64,000 nucleotides of DNA from Promethearchaeota archaeon (GTDB lineage: Archaea > Asgardarchaeota > Lokiarchaeia > Sigyniarchaeales > SOKP01). The translations under genes were made by a program, and so were the position numbers. The stretch covers positions 32,001-96,000 of the forward strand of contig JBHLNS010000004.1 of assembly GCA_048941285.1 (NCBI GenBank), read 5' to 3'. Under the pieces are notes generated by a model that was given only the letters and a program-made list of their open reading frames with translations, did not search any database and was not told the origin of the DNA. Within the stretch, counting starts at the first letter, position 1; every line of letters begins with the position of its first letter. This document shows, in pieces, positions 30,045-40,886 of this stretch.

Positions 30045-31985
30045 ATGGTTGAAGGGTTTGAATATCTAGATAGAGTTGTATATAAGGTCTTGGAGACCTA
30101 TTCCAATGTTCATAGAGGTACTGGTCATAATTCAATGGTGACTACTGCCTTATTTGAACAAGCAAGAAATGTAATTCTAGAATATTTTCAATTAGAAAAA
30201 AAAGAATATACTGTAGTTTTTTGTAGTCCACTAAGGTTTAGGATATTCAAAAAGCAATTAAAACATTTAGTTTATTATTCTTTGTCAAGTAAAGATTTAG
30301 GTTTACCATTAGGTGTGAGGGTAATTGCTTTAAAGAAAAAAGATCTTCAGAAATGTTCTGTAATTTATACCGGTGGAGGCATGATAAAGCATGTCACTTC
30401 TAATTATGTAGTGTGGGCAGATCTTCCAGATAGATTTGAAGCAGGTACACCTAATATAATTAATGTAATAGCGTTTGCTAGTGCTGTTCAATTAGTTAAA
30501 AAATTCGGCATTGAATTTCAAGAAAAGCAAGTTACTTGGAGAATGTTGTCAGGTGAAATATTACATCAAGATGATTTAGGTGAAATCTCTGGAACCAAAC
30601 TATTACTAGAACTTAAAAAATCATCAATAGGTAATGATATTTATGTCCCAACAGTTAAAGGAAAAAAAAAGTTTATTAATCTAGACAATGCAGCAAGTAC
30701 ACCTTCATTTTCACCTATTTGGGAGGTATTCTGTAAAACAATACGTCAATCAAAGGAAATTCATAAAAAAATTATACATGATGTTAAAGCTATCATAGCT
30801 AATTTTCTGAGCGCGCCCTTGGAAAAATATGATATTCTATTTACATTAAATACAACTGAAGCTATAAATATTCTAGCACGTAGTTTAACCAGATTATCTA
30901 AAAAAAATAAAAATTTTATCATTATTAACACAAAAGCAGAGCATCACTCTAATGAACTTCCTTTCCGTTACATACCACGGGCTAAACTAATTAGAATTTC
31001 TATTGATGATAATGGTTTTATAGATTTAGATGAATTAGAAAAAGTACTTCGTGCTTATAACCGAGATCATAAATATGGACTTGTGCGAGTTCAAATAGTA
31101 GCTTTGAGTGGTGGGTCCAATGTTCTAGGTAATTGTAATGATCTTCAATCAATTAGCAATATTGTTCATGAATATGGTGCTAAATTACTTGTTGATGGAG
31201 CCCAAATAGTAGCACACCATAAAATAAATATCTCTGATGTCAATATTGATTATTTTGCCTTTTCAGGACATAAAACATATGCCCCATTTGGTACTGGCGT
31301 TCTTTTGGTGAAAAAGGGGCTTTTATTATTTAATCCTGATGAAATTAATGAAATCAAATTATCTGGGGAGGAAAATGTTGCCGGTATTGCTACATTGGGG
31401 AAAGCAATTTTACTATTAGAAAGAATTGGTATTGATATTATTGAAGATTATGAAAAGGAATTGACACGACTTGCTTTAAATGGATTAAATAATTTAGAAG
31501 AAGTAAAAGTCTTTGGAGTTAATAGTACAACGCCTAACAAATTCAATACTCGAGGAAGTATTATATCTTTTAACTTAAAAAGTGTTCCACATAATGTCGC
31601 TGCAAAAGAGCTCGCAGAATATGGAGGAATTGGTATTCGTAATGGTTGTTTTTGTGCACATATGTTAATTCAACATGTGCTTAAAATCCAACAAATCAGA
31701 GTTTTAGGGGCAAGATTGACTTCTATTATATTTCCAAAAAGAACGGCATTGTGCCTTCCAGGAACATTGAGAGTAAGTTTTGGAATTGAGAATGATAAAA
31801 CTGATGTAGAATGTCTATTGAACACAATTCAGAAAATGATTCAAAAACCTAGATCAATTATGGATAAATTATTTGGTCATACTAATAATGGAACTCTATT
31901 TGTACCAAGGACTAAAACTGAAGAAAAGATGAAATATTATGTTAAGTATATTATTAACAAAGTTTATTCAACTAAAAATGAATAA
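30045..31985 (+). CDS. Class V aminotransferase / SufS-like cysteine desulfurase with partial N-terminal duplication
   Basis: LDNAAST, EHHSN, VDGAQ, FSGHK (PLP Lys), RNGCFCA; NVHRG and FEAGTP occur only in the N-terminal extra part. Confidence 0.8.
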   Translation: MVEGFEYLDRVVYKVLETYSNVHRGTGHNSMVTTALFEQARNVILEYFQLEKKEYTVVFCSPLRFRIFKKQLKHLVYYSLSSKDLGLPLGVRVIALKKKDLQKCSVIYTGGGMIKHVTSNYVVWADLPDRFEAGTPNIINVIAFASAVQLVKKFGIEFQEKQVTWRMLSGEILHQDDLGEISGTKLLLELKKSSIGNDIYVPTVKGKKKFINLDNAASTPSFSPIWEVFCKTIRQSKEIHKKIIHDVKAIIANFLSAPLEKYDILFTLNTTEAINILARSLTRLSKKNKNFIIINTKAEHHSNELPFRYIPRAKLIRISIDDNGFIDLDELEKVLRAYNRDHKYGLVRVQIVALSGGSNVLGNCNDLQSISNIVHEYGAKLLVDGAQIVAHHKINISDVNIDYFAFSGHKTYAPFGTGVLLVKKGLLLFNPDEINEIKLSGEENVAGIATLGKAILLLERIGIDIIEDYEKELTRLALNGLNNLEEVKVFGVNSTTPNKFNTRGSIISFNLKSVPHNVAAKELAEYGGIGIRNGCFCAHMLIQHVLKIQQIRVLGARLTSIIFPKRTALCLPGTLRVSFGIENDKTDVECLLNTIQKMIQKPRSIMDKLFGHTNNGTLFVPRTKTEEKMKYYVKYIINKVYSTKNE

Positions 31986-32035
31986 AATTTTCAATTTTAT
32001 AGAATTGGTATATAAAAATAAGAAATTTAAATTAG

Positions 32036-32920
32036 TTAACTTCCAACTAATTCTCCTATAGCAGTAAGGATAACTTTTCCACCAACAGAGACACTAATAT
32101 CTTTTTCATCACTTTCTTCTGCTCTTAAGTGAAGCAATGAAGGTCTTCCTACTTCATATCCCTGTTCAACTCTAATGTCTATACGCTTTTTGATAAAATA
32201 TTGATGTTTTACTAAATACGCAGCTAAACAACCATTCCCGCTTCCTGTAGCAGGATCTTCGGGAATGCCATGATAATGTGCGAATACTCGGACACTTAGA
32301 TCATTTCCCTTATTACGTGTTTCTGGGCAAAAAATTAAAATCGATTTCGCTTCAATTTTTTCCATCAGTTCAAAACATTTATCTATATTTACTTTTGCTC
32401 GTTTTAGGGCATCTAATGTTTTTAATGGCACAATAATAAAAGGACCTCCAGTAGATACCTCTTGAATTGGAAATCTATTATCAATATCATATTCCTCTAA
32501 ATTCAGAATCTCAGAAATTGTTTCTGTATCAAAAAATCTGCCAAAAGTGGGAGGATTCTGTTCCATCCAAATTAAGTCAGGCTTTCCAGATTTATATTTA
32601 AATAAAACAGGAATTGGTCCAATTTTGAGATTAAGAAGAATTGTTTTAACATTACCCTTAATTAATTCTTGTTGAATTACATAAGCTGTCCCTATTGTAG
32701 GATGTCCCGCAAAGGGTAATTCTACTTCTGGGGTAAAAATACGAATATCGTAATTTTCTTTGGATGTAATAAAAGTAGTCTCCGAATAGTTCATCTCTTT
32801 TGCTATTTTTTGCATTTCAGCTTCGAAAAGTATCTCTTCACAAATAAATACAGCTAGTTGGTTTCCTTCAAATTTTCTTTCAGCAAACACATCTAATATA
32901 TAAAACTTACACTTTGGCAT
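32036..32920 (-). CDS. PhzF family isomerase
   Basis: DVF...GNQLAV, YSETTF, IRIFTP..ELPFAGHPT, EDPATGS. Confidence 0.9.
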   Translation of the reverse strand: MPKCKFYILDVFAERKFEGNQLAVFICEEILFEAEMQKIAKEMNYSETTFITSKENYDIRIFTPEVELPFAGHPTIGTAYVIQQELIKGNVKTILLNLKIGPIPVLFKYKSGKPDLIWMEQNPPTFGRFFDTETISEILNLEEYDIDNRFPIQEVSTGGPFIIVPLKTLDALKRAKVNIDKCFELMEKIEAKSILIFCPETRNKGNDLSVRVFAHYHGIPEDPATGSGNGCLAAYLVKHQYFIKKRIDIRVEQGYEVGRPSLLHLRAEESDEKDISVSVGGKVILTAIGELVGS

Positions 32921-33093
32921 GAATTAACCTCTCTATTTATTTAACCTCAACAATAATATTATATTCAATATAAAAACTGAATTGTTTTTAATATGTATTT
33001 ATTTTGGTTTTTCTTTAATATTCAATATTTTTATTTCTATTAAAATTTATAATTATATTTTTTATTAAAAAAATTCAATTATACAGATATAAA

Positions 33094-33549
33094 ATGAAAA
33101 TTAAAGATTCTGAAAAAATTGGTAGAATATTTTTCGAAGAGTTATGGAGTAAACCAGATCTTAATATAGCAGATGAAATAATTGATCCAGAATACAAACC
33201 AAGTTGGATTCAGATAGATAAAATTGGTCCTGCCCAGATAAAGCATGAAATCCAACACTTTCGATCCCTTTTTCCAGATTTAAAATATGAGATTGTTGAG
33301 ATAAAGGGAGAAGAAGATAAGGTTTGGATTCGATATAAAGGGCATGGAACGCACCTTGGAAAAGGATGGGGTTTCGATCCTACAGGGAAAGAAGTAACCT
33401 TTGAAGGAGCAACAATTTTATATATAAATTCAGAAGGTAAGATTATTGATCAATGGGGTGCGTTTTGCTTTTATGATATTTTTTATGAACTCGGAGTGGT
33501 ACCCCCCTTTTGGCAATTATCTCAATATATTTCAGGTATGAAAAAGTAG
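33094..33549 (+). CDS. SnoaL-like ester cyclase (NTF2 fold)
   Basis: FPDL, GTHLG, PTGKEV. Confidence 0.85.
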   Translation: MKIKDSEKIGRIFFEELWSKPDLNIADEIIDPEYKPSWIQIDKIGPAQIKHEIQHFRSLFPDLKYEIVEIKGEEDKVWIRYKGHGTHLGKGWGFDPTGKEVTFEGATILYINSEGKIIDQWGAFCFYDIFYELGVVPPFWQLSQYISGMKK

Positions 33550-33558
33550 ATTTATTTC

Positions 33559-34425
33559 TTATTTTTTTGCAGGAGAAGCATAACAATAATGACAATTATG
33601 CTTACACCGAAAAATTCCAGTATAACCTCCAATATCTTTCGATTTAGAGCATCCACAATCTTTTCTCTGACCTATATCCTTTATTTTAGGTATTTGTTCA
33701 CCCACAATCTTCTCAATTTTATAAGCATCGATACAGTGTGCTTGATCAATTCCTTCTATATTATGTAAGTCTGGTTGGCAACACGCCTTCATTTTAATAT
33801 TATTCTGGGCACAAATATCTATCATGTTATTTAGAATCTCTATTTTCTTTTGAAAAGGGGGATCGATTGGAGTATATCCCCTAGCATTCATACGATTCTT
33901 CACTTTTTCATAAATTGTTGCAAAAGAAAAAATCATTTCTGTCAACCCTAGTTTCGAAACGTTCTCAATGATATATTCAAATTTATCTAAATTACTTTTT
34001 ATTGTATTAGAACCATGCTTTTTATAGACAATTATTGGATCAAACCTGAAATTAACTGCTAGTAAACCAAATTCATTGATTAACCATTCTAATTGCTTAA
34101 ACCTCTGTTCTAAAGAAATTTTCACATTATTTTCTAATTCTGAGGGGGAATTAATTGTGAATTGGAAGGAGTGCCCTTTATACTTTTTAAATAGATTTTC
34201 ATTTTCGTTAAATTTTTTGATCCAATCTTCAAAATTTTTAGACCACCACACCCAACATTTAACATCCTCCGATTTTAAAGAAATTCGAGATACTTGTTTC
34301 TTATTAAAAGGATTCGCTACATCTACATATCCAATTTTTATATTATGAATAACCCAATCCATTAAAAAAGCAGGTATATCCGTCCTCCGACTACAAGATA
34401 TAATAGGAAATTTTATTTCTCTCAT
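33559..34425 (-). CDS. DUF1848 family protein
   Basis: IISCSRRTDIPAF, WSKN, RFDPI, terminal CKHNCHYCYA. Confidence 0.85.
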   Translation of the reverse strand: MREIKFPIISCSRRTDIPAFLMDWVIHNIKIGYVDVANPFNKKQVSRISLKSEDVKCWVWWSKNFEDWIKKFNENENLFKKYKGHSFQFTINSPSELENNVKISLEQRFKQLEWLINEFGLLAVNFRFDPIIVYKKHGSNTIKSNLDKFEYIIENVSKLGLTEMIFSFATIYEKVKNRMNARGYTPIDPPFQKKIEILNNMIDICAQNNIKMKACCQPDLHNIEGIDQAHCIDAYKIEKIVGEQIPKIKDIGQRKDCGCSKSKDIGGYTGIFRCKHNCHYCYASPAKK

Positions 34426-34554
34426 TTATCAGATCAATTTTTTTATAAATCCTTTTCCTTCACAATTCTTTTAGAACTTATCAAAAAAACTTCTTTAATG
34501 ATCAAATAAGCATCTAAATAATTTCAAATTTAATTTTTAAGGATTGCAAGATTC

Positions 34555-35583
34555 TTGATATTTATGATTCCTTCAATTGAATGGGTTGATAATAAAGTAA
34601 AGATGATTGATCAAACGCTCCTTCCCCATAAACTTGAATTTCTCGATTTTGAGGATTTTAGAGATGTTGCTAAATCTATAAAGGTTATGAACATCCGTGG
34701 GGCCCCAGCAATCGGTGTAGCTGCGGCAATGGGAATGGCCTTAGCTACGATTGAATTTAAAAATCTTCCAAAATCTGAGTTTCTTAATAAAATGGAAGAA
34801 GTTGCTAATATAATTAAGAGCACTCGACCAACGGCTTCAAATCTTTTTTGGGCAGTGAATAGAATGTGGAAAATTATCAGTTCATATCCCGATAATCCGT
34901 CAAATATCTCAGAATTAGTTATCGAAGAAGCTAAATTAATGGCTCAAGAAGATATTAATGTTAATAAAAATATTGGCAAGAATGGAGCTAAATTATTAGA
35001 AAATGGGGATGTAGTTTTAACACATTGTAATGCCGGATCACTTGCAACAGTACAATATGGAACTGCTTTAGCACCTGTTAGAGCTGCAATTGAGGATGGA
35101 AAGAAAATTAGTGTTATTGCTGATGAAACTCGACCAAGATTGCAAGGGGCCAGATTAACTGCATATGAATTGCAATACGATAAAATTCCAGTAAAAGTTA
35201 TTTCTGATACTTCTTCTGGATTAATAATGAGACTTAAAAAAATAAATAAGGTCATTGTTGGAACTGATAGAGTTACTTCTGATGCAGTTTTTAATAAAAT
35301 TGGAACTTATTTAGTGGCATTAGCTGCAAAAGATAATAATATCCCTTTTTATGTAGCAGCTCCGACTTCTACATTATCTCTTCATGAGACTGTAGAAGAT
35401 GTAACAATTGAACAACGAGATAGCACAGAAGTAAGCAATGTATTAGGTAAAGTCCAAATTGTTCCAGATGGTGTTGAATGTTTAAATTATGCATTTGATA
35501 TCACTCCGTTTAGATTGGTAACAGAGATAATCACTGAAGATGGAGTCTTTACACCAGAGGAGCTTTTAAAAAAGTATAAATAA
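34555..35583 (+). CDS. mtnA: S-methyl-5-thioribose-1-phosphate isomerase
   Basis: IDQTLLP, RGAPAIG, TRPTA, LTHCNAGSLAT, ETRPRLQG, NKIGTY, FDITP. Confidence 0.9.
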   Translation: MIFMIPSIEWVDNKVKMIDQTLLPHKLEFLDFEDFRDVAKSIKVMNIRGAPAIGVAAAMGMALATIEFKNLPKSEFLNKMEEVANIIKSTRPTASNLFWAVNRMWKIISSYPDNPSNISELVIEEAKLMAQEDINVNKNIGKNGAKLLENGDVVLTHCNAGSLATVQYGTALAPVRAAIEDGKKISVIADETRPRLQGARLTAYELQYDKIPVKVISDTSSGLIMRLKKINKVIVGTDRVTSDAVFNKIGTYLVALAAKDNNIPFYVAAPTSTLSLHETVEDVTIEQRDSTEVSNVLGKVQIVPDGVECLNYAFDITPFRLVTEIITEDGVFTPEELLKKYK

Positions 35584-35627
35584 TCATTTTAAATTATTTT
35601 TTATACAAGTTTTTTGAGTTTATTATT

Positions 35628-35846
35628 ATGGAACGGAAAAAATATCTTCAAGTAGGTTTGCTTTTTACTGTATTAACAGTCTTATGTTTAGTAATCTTCA
35701 TTATCATTTCTGCTGTGGTTAATTCTGGAAGTCAACTATTCTTATCTGTTATCGAGATAATTAATATAATCTTAATAATACTGTCTATTATTAGTGGAAT
35801 CCTTGCATGTATACTGATAGCTCTATTTTTTATCAAGAAACTCTAA
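35628..35846 (+). CDS. Small two-TM membrane protein
   Basis: 72 aa, two hydrophobic helices. Confidence 0.55.
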   Translation: MERKKYLQVGLLFTVLTVLCLVIFIIISAVVNSGSQLFLSVIEIINIILIILSIISGILACILIALFFIKKL

Positions 35847-35868
35847 TAATGCTGATTAATTTCATTTT

Positions 35869-36864
35869 TTAAGAATGAACATTAAAATATTCTCTTAAAA
35901 TTTTTTTGAGTTCGATCAGGTTGTTAGCTGTACTCAGATTATTTCTAATTTTTGCGGATTTATTAATATTTTTTGATAACCATATCGCATTTCTTTTTAT
36001 TTCGACGAATTTAATTACTTCATTACCTAAGGGATGTGAAATTCCATCAAGGAACTCATCAATACTGTTTTCAAATAATAAGATATATTTTTCCATGATT
36101 TCTTTACTGTTTTTGAAGGAAATTAGCCTATTATTTACTAAATATTCATGAATTTGATTAAAAATTTCTGGATTTCCCATCGATTCTCTTCCAATCATGA
36201 ATGCATCAACATTTGTATAATCAATAAAACGTTTTGCAGTAACGGGATTGATAATATCACCATTCCCAACTACAGGCACCATTAATCTTTCCTTAAGCTT
36301 CTTTACAGTATCCAAATCTAATGTTCCATCATTATATTTACTTAAAACAGTCCTAGCATGTACAATTAATAAATCAATACCAGTATCATTAACAATGTTT
36401 ATCATTCTTTTAATATTAACAGGTTGTTCAAATCCTGTTCTAATTTTTAGGGAAACGGGATTTGAAGAGTATTTTACAGCAGTTTCTAATAAAACACTTA
36501 ATTTATCTAAATCATTCATCAAATATCCTCCTTCTTTTGCTCTAATAGCCCTTTTTGATGGACATCCCGCATTTAAATCAAGAATATCAAATTTATAACT
36601 ATCAAGATAATCTATAGTTTTTTTAAGTGCTTCAGGATCAGAACCGATTATTTGAATCCCAATAGGTCTTTCCTCTTCAATTTTTAATAAATCTTTTTCA
36701 ATCGATCTATGATTTTTCTCAATTTTTTTAGCATAAAGCATAGGAACATAAACCAAACCAATTCTTTGAAGTTTTCTACAAAATCTTCTATAAGGAGCTG
36801 TTGTGACATTCAACATAGGCGCTAATATATATCTATTTTCTAAATTAAGTTTTCCGAGCTTCAT
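35869..36864 (-). CDS. dus: tRNA-dihydrouridine synthase family protein
   Basis: LAPM, DLNAGCP, KIRTG, VHART, GNGDI. Confidence 0.9.
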   Translation of the reverse strand: MKLGKLNLENRYILAPMLNVTTAPYRRFCRKLQRIGLVYVPMLYAKKIEKNHRSIEKDLLKIEEERPIGIQIIGSDPEALKKTIDYLDSYKFDILDLNAGCPSKRAIRAKEGGYLMNDLDKLSVLLETAVKYSSNPVSLKIRTGFEQPVNIKRMINIVNDTGIDLLIVHARTVLSKYNDGTLDLDTVKKLKERLMVPVVGNGDIINPVTAKRFIDYTNVDAFMIGRESMGNPEIFNQIHEYLVNNRLISFKNSKEIMEKYILLFENSIDEFLDGISHPLGNEVIKFVEIKRNAIWLSKNINKSAKIRNNLSTANNLIELKKILREYFNVHS

Positions 36865-36954
36865 AATTTGAATTCTTTTCTCTCGAAATTAACTTACAAG
36901 CTATAATGATGAACTTTTTTATTAAATGAAATTTACTATACTTAAATAAATCTA

Positions 36955-37485
36955 TTGAGTCTACTAATTAAAATGTCAACTTTCCTCAAAGAATTTAAGT
37001 TTGAAAAATCACCGCGTAAAATAACATATATTGAAGAAGAACCTTTAAAATTAAGTAATGAATTTGTTTTTTTCCATAATAAAAGTAAATTTAGAAATGA
37101 AATAACTCGTCTCCAGTATTTAATTAAATCATATACCAAAATTGCTTTACAAGCTGCAGGTATAAGAGATTCTTATTTAAAAAAGGAATATTTTGACAAC
37201 TTTCTTATTGTATTATTTACTACACAAGAGATCGTTAAAAAGACTAATGAAATCATTGAAGAGTTTTCTGAAAAAGAATTAAATCCAGGATGTTATAGTC
37301 TTAAGGTAACTTCAGATTTTATGCTATTAATCTCAAGAGATATGGAAGGTTTAACTTTTGGTATTAATGCTATGGAAGTAATTCTAAGGCAAGTTTTGGA
37401 TGATTATCTGAATCAAAATAGATTTGATGATTATATTAAAATATGTCCTTTTATATTACTAAATTGTAGAAGTTCTTCAGTTTAA
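36955..37485 (+). CDS. Stand-alone GH20 N-terminal (zincin-like) domain protein
   Basis: YSLKV....LISRDMEGLTFGINAM matches the hexosaminidase domain-2 pattern; no catalytic barrel. Confidence 0.55.
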   Translation: MSLLIKMSTFLKEFKFEKSPRKITYIEEEPLKLSNEFVFFHNKSKFRNEITRLQYLIKSYTKIALQAAGIRDSYLKKEYFDNFLIVLFTTQEIVKKTNEIIEEFSEKELNPGCYSLKVTSDFMLLISRDMEGLTFGINAMEVILRQVLDDYLNQNRFDDYIKICPFILLNCRSSSV

Positions 37486-37529
37486 AATATATAGAAAATA
37501 ATGAATATGGATTAGTACGTAGTTTGGCT

Positions 37530-39263
37530 TTAAAAAACCGATGAAATTTGCTTAAAGCTCCAAGGTTTTTGTTTCTCTAACCTATAAGCCTTCTCAGCAT
37601 ACTCAAGACACATTCTGTGAGTATTGAAATATGCAGCTAGGGAAATAGCGCACTGCATTTTATAAAGCCATTCGTCATGATTCATGTATGTTGGGATAAC
37701 CTGATTTTCTAAAATTTCATAAATTGCATTTGAATCAATATCCCAATCATTTGACACTCCAGGATCATCTGGATTTGAATCATCAGGACCAATAGCCCAT
37801 CCTGCTAAGGAATTCTTTTTATAACCCTCTAGCCACCAACCATCTTGAACAGATAAATTTAATACCCCGTTAAGAGCGGCTTTCATACCACTTGTACCGC
37901 TTGCTTCACGATACCTATTAGGTGTATTAAGCCAAATATCAACACCTGATACAAGTAAATGGGAAAGATCCATGTTATAATTCTCCATCATTACAACTTT
38001 CACACCGTAATTTTCATACAAATATTCTCCAGATTGGTGTATTTTTTTAATGTAATCTTTTCCCATCTCATCCTTTGGATGTGCTTTCCCTGCAAATATG
38101 AATTGAACATGATCTTTTGCTATTTTACCCAATCTATCAATATCATGAAAGATTAGTACAGCTCTCTTATATGTTGCGAATCGCCTGGCAAAACCAATAG
38201 TAATGAGTTCTTCATCCAACAAATTCCAAGAATGTCCCTTCTGATATGATATTAAATTAAATTTATTTTCAATATGAGCATCAAAAAGCTCAAGAGGATC
38301 CAATTCTATAGCATTCTCTAGAACTGAAGGGTTTGCTCTCCAATTTGGCCATTTTCGACCAAACATCTTTCGGAAAGGTTTGGAAACCCAGAAAGGTAAG
38401 TGCACTCCATTAGTAATATAATCAATTTCATATTGAGGGAACATTTTTCGAGAAATATCTCCATGTTTTCGTGCCACAGCATTTCTATATCGTGATAAAG
38501 CCATACCTAAAAATGTCATATTAAATTCTCCATTATCATCAGCGAGTTTTCGGATTTCTTTAGGCATTCTATTTTCAAATACTTTATCAACTAAATCTTG
38601 TTTGAAGCGATCATGTCCCGCTGGTACAGGAGTATGGGTTGTAAATGCAACTTTTTGTTTTACTTTATCAATGCTTCCTAATTCATTAAATAACTCTAGA
38701 GTTGCAAAAGAACCATGACCCTCATTAAGATGGTAAGTTTCTATATTATTATAACCCAGTGATTTTAGAAGTTTAACCCCACCAATCCCTAAAATCATCT
38801 CTTGGACTATTCTATTCCAGCGACTAGTACTATCATACAAAGAACCTGTCATTTTTTTCATCCAATCTTCATTTCCTTCCACATCAGTAGTTAAAAGGTA
38901 AATTGGAAGTACATGACCAGATTGTCCTATTACTCGATATAACCAAGCACTCACATGAACATCTTTGTCTTCTATTTTCAAAGAGATTGGTTTTTCAACC
39001 TTCTCAAATTCATAATAAAAATTCCAGGCGATCTCTTTTTCTTTTTGTTCTCCAAATTCATTAAAAAATTGAAAAAAATACCCAGAACTGTAACATAAAC
39101 AAATACCTACCATTGGAATTTCCAAATCTGCAGCTGAACGTACTGTGTCTCCTGATAATACACCTAAACCTCCGCTATATGTAGGAATATTTGAATCAAC
39201 AGCTATTTCCATGGAAATGTATGCTACACGTGTATCTGACTTCAAATTATCATCAATTTCCAT
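37530..39263 (-). CDS. glgP: Alpha-glucan phosphorylase
   Basis: YSGGLGVL, HLNEGH, FTTHTPVPAGHD, ARRFATYKR, EASGTSGMK. Confidence 0.92.
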   Translation of the reverse strand: MEIDDNLKSDTRVAYISMEIAVDSNIPTYSGGLGVLSGDTVRSAADLEIPMVGICLCYSSGYFFQFFNEFGEQKEKEIAWNFYYEFEKVEKPISLKIEDKDVHVSAWLYRVIGQSGHVLPIYLLTTDVEGNEDWMKKMTGSLYDSTSRWNRIVQEMILGIGGVKLLKSLGYNNIETYHLNEGHGSFATLELFNELGSIDKVKQKVAFTTHTPVPAGHDRFKQDLVDKVFENRMPKEIRKLADDNGEFNMTFLGMALSRYRNAVARKHGDISRKMFPQYEIDYITNGVHLPFWVSKPFRKMFGRKWPNWRANPSVLENAIELDPLELFDAHIENKFNLISYQKGHSWNLLDEELITIGFARRFATYKRAVLIFHDIDRLGKIAKDHVQFIFAGKAHPKDEMGKDYIKKIHQSGEYLYENYGVKVVMMENYNMDLSHLLVSGVDIWLNTPNRYREASGTSGMKAALNGVLNLSVQDGWWLEGYKKNSLAGWAIGPDDSNPDDPGVSNDWDIDSNAIYEILENQVIPTYMNHDEWLYKMQCAISLAAYFNTHRMCLEYAEKAYRLEKQKPWSFKQISSVF

Positions 39264-39466
39264 TTTTCTTCACATCTTCCACAATTTCTAGCTAAAATTA
39301 GTGATATTTTTGATTTTTATATAATACTTGTAAAACTCATAATTTAAAATCTTATCCTAATAAAAATTTAAACCCATATAACAATAATAAGAAAATTACT
39401 TTTTTTAAAATTTAAGTATAGAAAATAAAAAAAAATTAATTTAATGATAAAAATCAATTTGAATTT

Positions 39467-39631
39467 TTATCTCTCTTCTTGGATTTGCTCTAAAGTTTTA
39501 CATTTTGTTTCATAAGGTTTCAGAAATAATATGAATAGAGGAATTAATAATAATATTCCTGGAATAACCCAAAACATAACCCAATCTAATGTTGCTAGCA
39601 TTGCTGCCGCTATTAAAGGACTTTCGACATG
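39467..39631 (-). pseudogene. C-terminal remnant of an MFS transporter
   Basis: Frame reads SPLIAAAMLATLDWVMFWVIPGILLLIPLFILFLKPYETKCKTLEQIQEER*, with an ETKxKTLE tail; in-frame stop upstream at 39644-39646. Confidence 0.6.
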
Positions 39632-39747
39632 TATTGTATCAGGTTATATTTCTTTATAAAACTATAACTAAATCATTGATCTAGAGTATATAGCTAAAAT
39701 TTTTGATTTATACAAAATGAAAAAGTAATTAGAAAAATAATTGGGAT

Positions 39748-40407
39748 TTAGATTATTAGGGGCGAGCCACCTTCTTCTAATATTTCAACTTTTATACTAG
39801 GGTCTTTCTTTGTTAAAAGTTCTTTAAATTTAGTTAGATCTTTTCCCCAATTATGCATGGGGATCGCTATTTTGGGTTTTACATCAACAATCGAATCAGT
39901 AGCTTCATCAAAGTCCATTGTATAGGTACCGCCACATGGCATCATAGCCACAGTTATATTTCGACTGGCTAAATCTTTCATTTCAGGAATTCGTTCTGTA
40001 TCTCCAGCATGATATACCCTCTTGTCTTCCGATGTTACTATAATTCCTGCCCATTCATTTTTCTTGGGATGGTTTGGTTTTTTAATATTGTATGCTGGCA
40101 CTAGCTCGATTGAGAGGTCTTTATAATCAAAAGAATCTCCTAATTTTAAAGGTGTTCCGTTAAATTTTTGCAAGCTGCTGAAGATACTCTCAGGGCCTAT
40201 TACAACTGTATCGTCCTTCATAAGTTTTCGTATACTATCTGAGTCAAAATGATCCCCATGAGAATGTGTTGAAACAATAATATCTGCTTTTTCTTCTCCT
40301 TTTTTGATTTGATAAGGATCAAGATAAATGATTCTTCCACTATGTGTCTTTACTTTAAAGGCAGCATGGCCAAGCCACGTAATTTCCATTTGCGTTATCA
40401 GTTTCAC
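39748..40407 (-). CDS. Metallo-beta-lactamase fold hydrolase
   Basis: WLGHA, THSHGDH, YHAGDT, PMH. Confidence 0.88.
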   Translation of the reverse strand: MKLITQMEITWLGHAAFKVKTHSGRIIYLDPYQIKKGEEKADIIVSTHSHGDHFDSDSIRKLMKDDTVVIGPESIFSSLQKFNGTPLKLGDSFDYKDLSIELVPAYNIKKPNHPKKNEWAGIIVTSEDKRVYHAGDTERIPEMKDLASRNITVAMMPCGGTYTMDFDEATDSIVDVKPKIAIPMHNWGKDLTKFKELLTKKDPSIKVEILEEGGSPLII

Positions 40408-40523
40408 CTCTTAATTAATTTGTAAATGAAGTTATAATTTATTATAATGATATCTTCCCTTAAAATAATAATGTAATAATTAGAAAATGTAATAAAAACA
40501 AGTATGAATTTTATGAAAGGAAT

Positions 40524-40886
40524 TTAGTCTTCTTCTTCAAATTTCCATTCTGGGTCTTCAAGAGGAATTTTTTTAGTGATTCCGTAATTATCTTCCTTGG
40601 TTATATCAAGTTCTTTGGATCTTTCTAAGAACAATTCATTTCTAAAATTAGGGATTTCATTAATAAAACTTGGTTTTGATATAATTGTAGGAGGACTTGG
40701 ATTGCGTTTTTTAATGGTTATTTCATCTAATATTTTTTTTTCAAGATTTATATTCTTTCTAGATAGAGAATTATTAGCTGTTGGAAATGTTAAATTTTTT
40801 AATTTTATGCCATTTAATGGTGCTGTGGACTTTAAAATCCGGCAAGTTGGGCAATTAATTTCATCTAATCCATGGATACAAGGCAT
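40524..40886 (-). CDS. Hypothetical protein with N-terminal CxH..CxxC zinc finger
   Basis: MPCIHGLDEINCPTC. Confidence 0.6.
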   Translation of the reverse strand: MPCIHGLDEINCPTCRILKSTAPLNGIKLKNLTFPTANNSLSRKNINLEKKILDEITIKKRNPSPPTIISKPSFINEIPNFRNELFLERSKELDITKEDNYGITKKIPLEDPEWKFEEED

